Made by a program: the position numbers and the translations under genes
Shown here: positions 12,101 through 22,720 of the stretch, piece by piece
Numbering within the stretch: position 1 is the stretch's first letter
Layout: each line of letters opens with the position of its first letter
DNA from: Chlorokybus atmophyticus
Taxonomy: Eukaryota; Plantae; Mesostigma and Chlorokybus algae
Direction: 5' to 3'
Length of the DNA: 64,000 nt
Assembly: GCA_009103225.1 (NCBI GenBank)
Contig: RHPI01000810.1
Coordinates: 1,343,962 to 1,407,961 of the forward strand
The notes under the pieces: model-generated
Told to the model about the DNA's origin: nothing
What the model saw: the letters and a program-made list of their open reading frames with translations, nothing else
Databases searched by the model: none

Positions 12101-13129
12101 GAAGGAGATAACTTGTACAATCAGTCGCCTGAGCGTGTGGCTCCACTACAGACGCAGTGGGGACCAAGTTACAATCCTCGTCAGGAGCTGCCACAGCAGA
12201 GTGGTGGTGATGGTGCTGCTGATGGTGATGACGACGCCTTTAACAACATCAACGATTACACTGGCAACCAGTACAATAACGATAACTACGGGTCCGCCAA
12301 CGACGATGCCAACCCCATCACCCCATCGCAACAGTATCCGAACCCTGGTGCGGATGGTGCTGCTGATAATAATGACGACGCTTCCAAGAACATCAACGAT
12401 TACACTGGCAACCAGTACAATAACGATAACTACGGGTCCGCCAATGACGATGCCAACCCCATCACCCCATCGCTACAGTATCCGTACCCTGGTGCGGGTG
12501 ATGCTGCTGATAATAATGACGACGCTTCCAAGAACATCAACGATTACACTGGCAACCAGTACAATAACGATAACTACGGGTCCGCCAACGACGATGCCAA
12601 CCAGCCAATCACTGCATCGCAAGCATACTCTGGTGAGGACAATTACGCGCAGCAGCAAGCACAACCACAAGTGCCGCAGGAGTACCAGCAGGAGGATGTA
12701 TATGCCAACAAGCAACGGCAGCAAGTCACGCCAACGCGCGTGCAGCAAGGAGATGAAGATGACTGCTGCGGCTGCTTCGGGGATAAGGGTGCCAACACGC
12801 AACGGCAGCAAGGAAATGAAGATGAAGACTGCTGCGGCTGCGGCTACTTCGGGGATAAGGATGCAAACACGCAACGGCAGCAAGGAGGAGATGAAGACTG
12901 CTGCGGCTGCAGCTGCTTCGGGGATAAGCAGGCCAACACGCAACAGCAGCAAGGAGAAGATGAAGACTGCTGCGGCTGCAGCTGCTTCGGAGATAAGCAG
13001 GCCAACACGCAACAGCAGCCCGGAGACGATGAAGACTGCTGCGGCTGCAGCTGCTTCGGGGATAAGCAGGCCAACACGCAACGGCAGCCAGATGACGATG
13101 ACAACTGCTGCGGCTGCCGCTGCTGCTGA
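9161..13129 (+). CDS. TIR-NB-ARC-ARM repeat protein (NLR/TNP-like), ~1,061 aa; exons 9161-9591, 9669-9776, 9864-11043, 11121-11243, 11545-11685, 11770-11898, 12056-13129
   Basis: TIR: CDVFLSHRGPDTK, AFVD, STFCLEEL (catalytic Glu position), VMPVFY, KKWLLCLEKVSKCTGW. NB-ARC: P-loop GEDGVGKTT, Walker B LLVVDDIW, VLLMSRD, CNGLP. ARM-like repeats (AGAVPALVRLL..AAAAGALANM; GGVTPMLKQL..SARLLRNL). The exons sum to 3,186 nt in frame. A TTTGCAG at 9164-9170 could mean a further upstream exon. Confidence 0.88.
12220..12610 (+). repeat. Coding tandem repeat, three ~47-aa Asn/Asp-rich units (NINDYTGNQYNNDNYGSANDDANPITPS)
   Basis: Three near-identical ~141-bp units in the last exon. Confidence 0.9.
12745..13129 (+). 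repeat. Coding tandem repeat, six Cys-rich units (DEDCCGCSCFGDKQANTQQQ) ending CCGCRCC-stop
   Basis: Read directly from ORF 12038-13129. Confidence 0.9.
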
Positions 13130-15001
13130 TGCTGATGCTTATCATGTACAAACTCTTCGCGGAATTTGAAGTGCTGCCATAGTGACATGCATATACGCAC
13201 AGTAGTATATATCAGACCTATATGGAGGTCGACATATAGGCACTACAAGTATGCATGTGTTCAGACATAAGTGTATACTTCCCCGGCATAGGGAGGTGGC
13301 CACATGCATGTTGATGCAGCAACCGCTGCCATCCATTGGCTGGTACGCGGATGGACGAAAGTCCAAGACATGGTTGACTCCTCACGCAAGTAACCAACTT
13401 GTCTCAGCCATCTGCATTGTACACGACAAAGTTTGAAGCACCACGGGTGCGGACAATGCCCACAATTGTACTTACTGACACTCATGACATGTCTGCGGGG
13501 CTGTGGGTTGTTGTTGATAGTGTGCGCTATAAGGTGGTGATCCCCTGTCCGAATGCCGGTGCTGAAGAGGTGGCATACATCAACACCACGTGCCAGCGGT
13601 TGGGGGCAGCGTTGGATGACAATTGCCAACACGCCTCCGCAACAAAGCTGCCAAAACAGTGTGTGTGCAGCATTAATTCTGCATCGGGAACCTGCAGCAG
13701 CGCCAGTAAGCTCACCACCATCACCATCGCAGGGCATGCCAGGCAGGGCAACGTGCTATCATGTATAGCGCAATCATTCAGCGGGCCAGTCCTCATAAAA
13801 GCAGCATGCATACGAATAACATCGCGGTGCAAACAGCGTCATGAACACCTGTGTGACTTAACCATGCATTGTAGTTGTGCAACCAGTATGGAGTATTCAT
13901 AGGTGTCATGCCTTGAGCACTCGACACATGCAGTGTCACCGAGCCGACTGTTGAGGGACACCTGCAGCCATGTACTGGGCACACTAGGGGAACCATGCAG
14001 CTATGCATTGTGTGGCGGAAGCCTATACAAGGGTACAAACAGTGTACAAGGAGGTACTGGGCAGATTCTGCTAACAGTTTCTATTCTACCACACCCATGC
14101 CATAGATGCCTCTCCTGATGCGGGGGAAGGTGCCAGAACGCAGCCTGAATGCAGGCAGGTAGGCAGAGCAGGCAGGGAAACATCGATATCATGGGGGGCG
14201 GTTCTTAAGCATGTCACAACTTCGGACGCACCTCACACGGAAACACCTTGAACAGCGACCCTGTAAGAAGTTGGTAGCGTCAAGACTACGGCAACCCCAC
14301 CCACATGCCATAGTGTAGCCGGAGTTGGACAATTGGGGAAGGGCGTCCTACGTGAAGGGCACCACCGGTGTTCCCCACCATCCACTCAGATTGGAGGAGG
14401 ACGCAGGGAGGGGCCTAGCCAATTCAGTATACTACACGCCATGCTGTTAACGACACCATGCTGCATCCGATGTGTGACACAGCACTGTGTTCTACACATG
14501 CCTGCCCCAGTTGACCATGTAGCAGGAGGGGGGTAGCACCTCTACCGTTGGGAGACCACCGCTCGGGGACGCACCTTGAACGTCCACCCTCCCTCACAGC
14601 AAGTGTTCCGGCCAAGGCTTGCTGGCCTTGTCAATGTTGTCCACGCCAATGGAGACACCAGCGGGGCCACCCGTGCGCGAGGAGTCCAGCCCCCGCTCGC
14701 TGCTGACCGGGCCTGCGCTCAGCGCAGGGGCCTCGGGCCAAGTATATTGCCTTGACGCCGATAAGCCGGCTTCATCCGCCTCCATCATGCACAAGGCCCA
14801 TGCACATGCACAGCCTAAGGCTATGCAGCCTGAGAGACATGGGTCGATGCTGCCACCTCAACTCCTAAGATGAAGAGTCGAACCGGAGTACATTAAGATC
14901 AACTGCGGTCATCATCAACGGCTTCAAAGACTCCGAGAGCTTTTGGCGCAAATTAACAGACCGGATGGTAGAAGCCGAACAATTACCGCAAGTATAGTTG
15001 T

Positions 15002-16489
15002 TGTAACTGAACATTAGTACTTTTAATTTTGAGCTTATCTAAGTAATACCTCTCCCCGTAATGTGTATACGTCTTGCTTGAAGACTCTTCAAGCAACCCC
15101 ACTCTGAGTGCGCGTGCTGTGAGAGTGTGTTGGTGTTGAGAGTGAAGTGCTTGCCATCATCTCCTTAAAGCTGCAACCGACCCAGCGCATCCCTGCCAGA
15201 GGTCGAACCCGTTCTCCTCACACCAGCAACTTATACGGCACTGTGCATGACACTTTTGCAGTATCATTGCTGAGTGCATATGAAAAGCATTGAGAGTGAC
15301 TTGGCACCAACTCCGAGTGATCCACTTTGTGCTCATTCACGAGATCACCATATTGTGCATGAGTATGCATGAGGCTGCATTCCAACCCATGAGCTTTTAC
15401 ACCTACCAGTAGAACAACCGTTGTGCAACACATCATTATTACCTATCGCACACTTTCTGATTATCATATACAATAGGGGAGTGTCGCGCGGCCAAGTTTA
15501 ATTGTACGATAGTCTACAAATCAATGCAACTTTTATATAACTGTCCATTTCATAAATGTATCGGTGAAATATACGTGTGAGTTAATCAAATACAAATTGT
15601 TTGATCCATGTATTTAATTAATGGTTGAATGATAATGGTTTGACTCTAACTCATTGATATGGGACTGTGAAGTAGTTTAAATGAGTCGCCATACTAGGTG
15701 GTGCATGGCAAAAAAGTAAGTGTTATACCTAGCTAAACAAGTTATTGAAACTATCGACTATAGGTTGCATATTACTTAGGCCTAGTTTATGATATGGCGC
15801 CGTATATATTAAATGATGATTAGCGAATTGTATTTTGCAAATTAAAACCGATTTTAATGAATTGAGAGATATAGCGACATTCGCAAAAATGTTGCGAATT
15901 ATGTTGGATGCTAAGTGATTTGCAAATTGCATTTCGCGACTCATAAGATAGTTTAAGTGAATTGAGGTATTTAGAGTCATTCACAAAAATGTTGCGTGTT
16001 GTTCTAAGTGCAAATGTCGTAACCAAAAGTTTGCAAAAATGCCCAAGGCATTGGGTAGAAATTTTCACTATGCACGCTAAGGGTGAACTATATAGCCTCC
16101 CATCACCGCATTAGGATTTCATGGGGTTATAAAGACATCCATGTGATGAGAAGACACTTGTGAGTAGAAGATGTACCTAATAAGAATGAATAACTGATCA
16201 GCAAAGTTGGGCAATTTCGAGAATTAGACCCAACGCCACGTTTGCGAGGTTCACTAGGGTAAATTGCAAAATCGCTCAAGTCATTAAGTTCGCGTGTCGC
16301 GTTTACACGCAAGTGTGTACGACGCCGCGACATATGACAATAGGGTGATTATGCAACGACTCTTGTTAGTAGGTAGCATCCGCCACTCACTTGTAAGCAA
16401 GTGTGAGCTATTATGATGCCCATAATCCAAGCAAATAGTTGTGAACCAACTTGTTGGATTTAACCCTTAATATGCATATATCCCTTACA
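15002..16489 (-). mobile_element. Probable LTR of a decayed Ty3/gypsy element; AT-rich with an internal ~90-bp duplication
   Basis: On the minus strand a purine-rich tract (GGTAGTGGAA) precedes TGTAAG at 16489, downstream of the integrase relic. The left boundary is a guess. Segment 15294-15503 recurs at 50948-51160. Confidence 0.4.
15294..15503 (+). repeat. Dispersed repeat, copy 1 (copy 2 at 50948-51160)
   Basis: Shared GAGTGACTT(G/A)GCACCAACTCCGAGTGAT and AGT(A/T)GAACAACCGTTGTGC blocks, collinear in both copies. Confidence 0.75.
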
Positions 16490-16949
16490 TTCCACTACCG
16501 GGTTCCTCACCGCTATCTCTTAATACTTAATAATAATTATGGTGAACCAATGGTTGATGAACTATATGGTGAACTACCGTGTGAACTAATTGCAGAGTAA
16601 CAAAGTACGCGACTCTTGGCACAATAATACGTCGTAGTAGTACGCGTACAGCAAGTAGTTGTCAATAATGCGTTGAAGGTATGTGAAATCGTACGATATT
16701 GGGCTAGGACAAGTCGTTTGTCGAGAATGACCGCGGATAGCATAGAAAACGGCGCCGTGCGACCCACCTCACCTATCAGCACTGCAAGCAATAAAGCATC
16801 TTAAGAAGGGGTTGTAATTTATTTAATAACATTATGTAAAAGCATAACTATAAGAATTGACTTTAATCATTTCATATCATTGGTGGGTCAGACACTGTAC
16901 TATGATGCATTGTAATGTACAATAAGGACTCATTGTACATCACAATGTG

Positions 16950-17630
16950 GGCCAATTGCATATGGCAGGCCTCACACATCCATTTCCTTTGGGAACCTTG
17001 CTCATGGCGGAGACAGACACCATATGTGCCAACCGGCTACACATCTGCCACACAGCAGCATGTCATGCTGTCTCACAGCAACATTGCTTGTTTCTCCGTC
17101 AGCGCGTGCGCAGCCCTCGCATCTATGGATGGCATCAAGAATAGCTGCATAGGGTCCATTGCCCTATCGATGTTGGGTAGATGACGGAGGGCACAGCTTT
17201 TCATCTTTTATGTGCACGCCCTGGCATCGTTGCCCCAAATAAAAGCACGCCGTCATCTCGCACCTCGTTGACTCTCAGTATTATATTGGCACTGGTGTTC
17301 AGCGTGTCCTTGGTTTATCGGTGGAGATAAACATAATCTCCTACCTCAAACTTTGCATACGGGGCTTGTAGTCTTCGCAGCGCACTCGAGCGTATCATTG
17401 AGTGTCTCTGTGTTATGCAATGAGCATAACGTGTTTGCCAATAATTGATTAGCTTTGCCTTGATGGTAAGCTCCGTGACAAAGCTTTTCTCATCTTGCAC
17501 GCGGGCTTTTTTACAGAAGCTGGAAGCTGTGGGTAACAGCCATATAGCAAAATCTATGAGATGTATGCCCCCAAGGCAGCCTGTCGGCTGAATTTGTAGT
17601 CCATCAAAAGCCATGTCAGCTGACAATCCC
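16950..17630 (-). pseudogene. Degenerate Ty3/gypsy integrase C-terminus with a PHD finger
   Basis: AKFEVGDYVYL, ILRVNEVRDDGV and HLPNID, then CEGC...MLLCGRCVAGWHIWCLSPP..VPKG.WMCEAC across stops and frameshifts. Confidence 0.75.
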
Positions 17631-18531
17631 TGTTGCTCTTATCATGACCATGGCAATACTTACACAGTCCTTCTTCTCAGTTTGCACAAACCTCTCAGTA
17701 AGTCTATGAGCTGGAGAACGGTTGCGGTGTATGCGGCATTGATTAATGAAGCAATCATCTGGCAAGTCGTCTCAACTTGCCTCGCAACTCTGTGCCCTGA
17801 TTTGCCAGCACCTCTGCACACCCATCAAATCTGCTTCACACTTGGTTCAACCGCGTGTTGACTTAGCAGTGATGAGTTACTAACTCATCAATAACTACTA
17901 GTAGTAGTTTGTGAGTGATTTCACAAATTGCTAACTCATGTGCCTCAAGTTTGACTGAAACCAGCACCATGCAGTTCCTAACAGCACAATAATACAACAA
18001 GCTGACCGAACAGTTTTAAGCTAGGTATTAGACCAGTTTATATATATATATATATACACAAGTGCGCTTGTGTATAGATTTGTGTAAATAAGTGTATGCT
18101 CGTGCGTGTGACAAGGACGTGTAGTATACCAAGAGTGTGTGCGTAGATGTACAAGGAAAAAAGCACATAACCATAGCAGGTTATAGCGTTGCGCATGCAC
18201 GAGAAAGCAAGAGAAGTTTGGGGAAGCGAAAAGGAAATCGTGACAAGGGGGAGACTTTTCTCAATGTCTGCCGGTCCAGATACATGTACAAAATTGATCG
18301 AGCTCATCATCAGTCAGGTTATCTTTATAGGTGGCGGCAGCATTGCCGTCTTCGCCGTGAATGGATGAAGTGAAGGCGTCATCATTGCTGGTAGGCAAGT
18401 GGCTACCGCAACCTCAACCTCAATCTTACCAGCACTGCTGCAGTACAAGTTAGCCCCTACTCCGCCGCCTTCCCAATCCTGCCTCTGATTTGCTCATTCC
18501 CCTCACACTTGCACGGGTTCAGCCATTCTGT

Positions 18532-18552
18532 CACACACACACACACACACAC

Positions 18553-18628
<76 letters not shown>

Positions 18629-18750
18629 AGGTATATATGTATATATACGCATATACGTATATATACATATGTATATATGTGTATATATGTGTACACACGT
18701 ACATATACGTATATATGTCCATATACACATGTATATATATATATATGTAT
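18532..18750. repeat. Compound microsatellite, (CA)n then TA-rich
   Basis: Seen directly. Confidence 0.97.
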
Positions 18751-18926
18751 TCTTCTTGTGATTCTTGTTTATATAAAAGTGTGATTGAGGCGGACATGCA
18801 TGCTGGGTTGCAAGAATGTCAGCGATATTGCGGGGTGTGGTAGAGTGAATGCGTCACTGCGTGCAAGTTTGTGTAACATGTTAGCCAGTGAAGGTGAGAG
18901 TATATGCGCGTGCATGTGTGTGTTTG

Positions 18927-18928
<2 letters not shown>

Positions 18929-19003
<75 letters not shown>

Positions 19004-19007
19004 NGAG
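18929..19007. repeat. (GA)n microsatellite
   Basis: Seen directly; one N at 19004. Confidence 0.97.
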
Positions 19008-20128
19008 TGTGCAGTTGGAGAACAGCTTGCGCGTAAAGCTCTGTGTGGATGATGTGGGTAGCGCTTGCTGAGCTGTAAGTTTACTATTATGTCTGCAATA
19101 AGTCTGTGTGATGTTCGAGTGTGCATCATTTTCGAGCACATGCTACTACTTGTCGTGCGTGGGTGTACTGCTGTTGTCCTGTTGCCAACAGTTAGTTCCG
19201 TAAGCAATAGACAGCACCCTTACACACTTCCATGCTCTCTGCTGTGAAGTGCAGATGTGCTGTGTTTGCATTGCGCACGTATCATGTTACAACATTTAAC
19301 ATTGACATTTCACTCGCACTCATGGATGGAGCAACACGCAGTGAGCCTCCCAACCGTAGGCTATGCAACCTTTGCATAGCAGCGCTGGGGACAGGTGTAA
19401 TTATAAATTTATAATGTGCAGCTTTCATGATGAACTCCATTAGCATTCTCGCTCCTAAATTAAGTGCGCCCAGTACAGCTTTGGCTGATTACTCTCAGGT
19501 TGGTTGCCATGATTGCGAGCTGCTGTTGATGTGGCAATTGCACACGCGATATAAAAGCGAAGTAAATTTATGCCATGTGGACCATTGCTCGGTGGGGAAA
19601 GGTGTATTTACCCTGACACTTGAGTGTTGTATTCCAAGTTGGCAGAAGGAGAGCCCTGGAGCAAACACTTGCGATGAATGAAATTCAAGATAATTCCCTA
19701 CGTTTGCTTGCAGGATATTGTACTTGCGTGTTCATGGCTGAGAACTATTTTCCCTACTAGATTTCTTGCCTTCATGGAGCACATGACCAGAGCGTGGCAA
19801 CATTTCAGATAGTATCGCCAAGTTGTTAATTCCTTTAATGTTGCTACCTAGTAATCGTGCTTCCATGTGAATGGATACCAAGCATCACCTCTGCAACAAC
19901 ACAGTAGACCGCTAGTATCGGCCCACACAGTACTACCTCCTGCAAGAGTCGTACTGACTGCTGCAAATATACACTGTGCCACGTGGAGACTGGCAGAAAA
20001 GGCGTAAATCTCGCTTAATAAGGCTTGCATTGCAATAAGCTTGGATTGGAATAAGCTTCACGGGACTTGTGCCTACCAACCTTTCGCAGATGCCGCCGCC
20101 TTCTTTTTTTTTGGGGGGGGGGGGGGGG

Positions 20129-20286
20129 NNNNNNNNNNNNNNNNNNNNNNNNNNNNNNNNNNNNNNNNNNNNNNNNNNNNNNNNNNNNNNNNNNNNNNNN
20201 NNNNNNNNNNNNNNNNNNNNNNNNNNNNNNNNNNNNNNNNNNNNNNNNNNNNNNNNNNNNNNNNNNNNNNNNNNNNNNNNNNNNNN
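20129..20286. other. Assembly gap (N run) flanked by poly-G
   Basis: N characters. Confidence 0.99.
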
Positions 20287-21878
20287 GGGGGGCGGCGAGG
20301 GCTATGTACGGTCGTTCTTAACATACCCGCAGTCTGCTGCAAGCGCTGCTGCTTTGGCCTTTCTAGCAGGGGGCTTGTGCTTGCAATGCCTTGCTGTTTG
20401 CAGCGTCTCACAGCTGCTCAGTGTTGGTGCCTTTCATACCTAATATTCTCATGGGGACTCTCTTCTGTTGCCTTGGTTGCGCTCAACCAGACCTACCCAA
20501 AGCTTGTTTACTAAAACCATGGCCACCTAGGTAGGGCACTTGGTTTGTCAAGAAAGCTTGTCCATCTAAAACACCTTCACCGCTCGCGGAACAGCATGTT
20601 GGTGCCGCACAAATATAACTACGTGTCCACTTACACTAATCTGCACGTGTGCGGTGCCTGCGCTGACGCATGCACGCGCTCATATGCAAATACCTACATG
20701 CAATACCGTTGCTTCCTTTCATCATTGAGTAGTCTTGACAACTCGTCCAGACTACTCAACCGCCACATCAGATGTGGCAGACATGTTGCGCAGTGCTGAC
20801 TGTCATGACATCAAGCGCACAACGCGCAAGTCTTGAACCTCTGAGGTTGTTGCATTGGTGTTCATTGCGCATATGTACAGGCAGCATGGTATGGTGTATA
20901 ATAGCACGGAGTTGCCGGCCGCAACGACATCAACACACATGTAAGCAAGGTAAGTAATTGGTAAGAGCAGTGCGGGGAGCAGTGTTACTGCCTGCATGTA
21001 TGTCAACTAGTCAGCACCTCTCACACCGGACATTGGCAGGCATTGACTGTGCATGATGCTGATGGGACATTGACATGGCATGTGCATGCTGCATGATGGC
21101 AGCGGACCGGTGTGCATAGCACTCTTGCTACTGCGGCGCCGGCCTTTGGGACGGCCTAGATGCCAATGTGACATGACCAACGTATCGTATGAGCCAGGCC
21201 ACGCAGCATGGATGAAGCCATGTGGCCGCAGAGAGGCATATGTTCGTGCACACAGCGTGCAGCAGCGGCGGGTCCAAGTTTCAGCGTCTTTGTCGTCGTC
21301 GCCCTTGTGGTCATGGATGCCGACGCCTACATCGACAAGCAAGCCTAACCTCTGCTTCTCTCTTCTCCTCTCCTCTCCTCTACACTCTGCAGGTGGTTGA
21401 GTGCTGCCATCTGTCTGCTTGCTGCTATACACGTCCACCTGTTGCTGCTTGAGGGTCTTACTTGGGCTAGTTGAGTTGGAGGAAGCTGTGCATAGCTCTG
21501 CCTTGGCCCCCATGTAATCGCATGACTGCTTGCTTGTCTTTGCTCTATTGCTACCTACTTCGGGGTTTACCTCGTGCAACCTGTGTGTTATATTGTCATT
21601 GCTGTCATCATGCTGCACTGCAAATGTGACATGCGCCCATATGCACCTTTCATGCAGACATTGCAGCATGCTTGGTTGCACTATGACAGTAACTCGTTGA
21701 CGGCAAAATGCGGCCTGTATCAGTATATCTGTAACAAGCTGCGCAAAAGACACTATGTACATATGCTCTCGTTTCAAAACTGACATGCAATCCGCCTCAA
21801 GGCATTGAGGTGTTCAAGGACACAATGCCACAGCACTGCTATGTATCTGAATGCCTGCAAGGATGCGGGCGGTTGCAA

Positions 21879-22720
21879 TTAGACCAGAGATTTTTGCTGT
21901 TCATCTAAAGCATGAGAGGTGGAAGACACGGTGGGTTCTGTAGTCCCTCTGTACGCCTCACGATGCATATCTTCCAGATACTTATAGCGCTCAGGTCGGT
22001 TATCGCGCTCTAGGTAGTGGCCGCTGTCACCAATGTTGATGAAGCCACCGTGATAGTAGTTAGCAATGTCAACCGGCTCCAACAGTTTGCGGTAGTTGTC
22101 ACCTCGACTGAGCCAAAGGCGGCCCTTTGCGAAGACTTTTGCCGGCAGCGCCTCGTCTTTTGCAAGCTCTGTTGCCCAGTCCCAAAAGCTTGCGAGGAGG
22201 CGGCGAGCGCTGTTGACACGACTGGCGTCATCATCACCTGTGGTGCTTTCGAGTGCTTCTGAAAAAGCAGCGTAGTAGCGGGCTTGGTGCTTGCGTTTGT
22301 AGCTTGATACAGTTGACATTGCATCTATGTGCTCCTTGGTGTACCTCTCGTGCAACTCCCAAGCTGCCTGCAACTGCAATCTGCACACATACACACATAC
22401 ACAACTTGCCTGTAGCTTGCATTGTCAAAATAAATTGACAAGCGTTGTTATGCTGTGCAGCGCAATCAACATTGACACAATGGCAATGAGAGTGCGGAGT
22501 ACATATGCTGGCATGGAACCTTCAGCAACAGACACATTATATACCTGTGCGCGCACACACCTATGACGTACCTGTGCTGGTCGTCATCACGAAATGCCTG
22601 GGCCTGTCGCAAAGCTTTGGCAGCGATGTAATTGCTGACAATGCTTGCGACGGCACCGAGAATGCCTGTAACAGCACCAATGGCACCGAGCGCAATAGCC
22701 AAAACCTCTGCGCTCCCCAT
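21879..22720 (-). CDS. Hydrophobic N-terminal helix + EDS1/PAD4-type EP-domain segment, 216 aa; exons 22720-22572 and 22380-21879
   Basis: The phase-2 GT-AG intron 22571-22381 joins DQHR|LQLQ in frame. Ordered motifs YK..YYAAF..RVNSARRLLASFWD..ALP..W..YRKLLEPVDIANYY..SGHYLERDNRPERY match my recollection of the PAD4/EDS1 EP domain (YYDFF..VNMSRIRLAKFWD..ELP..EPLDIANFY..GGHYLEGNRPKRY). The N-terminus is LAIALGAIGAVTGILGAVASIVSNYIAA. No GxSxG lipase exon was found nearby. Confidence 0.85.

Noticed and set aside
12042-13169. Alternative-frame and antisense ORFs over the repeat exon (Thr/Ala-rich, poly-Ala)
   Set aside because: Shadow frames of tandem repeats. Only the 12038 frame is joined by a good acceptor to the TIR gene.
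13399-14900. Short ORFs downstream of the TIR gene
   Set aside because: No recognisable domain or consistent splice pattern; probably decayed repeat DNA.
18457-19207. ORFs with HTHT, CVCV, ERER or SLSL runs
   Set aside because: Translations of microsatellites.
20100-20300. Poly-G flanks as telomeric or G-quadruplex regulatory elements
   Set aside because: All three gaps end in G-runs, a typical sequencing dropout; the true sequence is unknown.
21007-21786. 259-aa minus-strand ORF as an extra exon of the EP gene
   Set aside because: Low complexity with no motif; the EP exon has its own stop, and the only candidate donor (GTCTAA) is weak.
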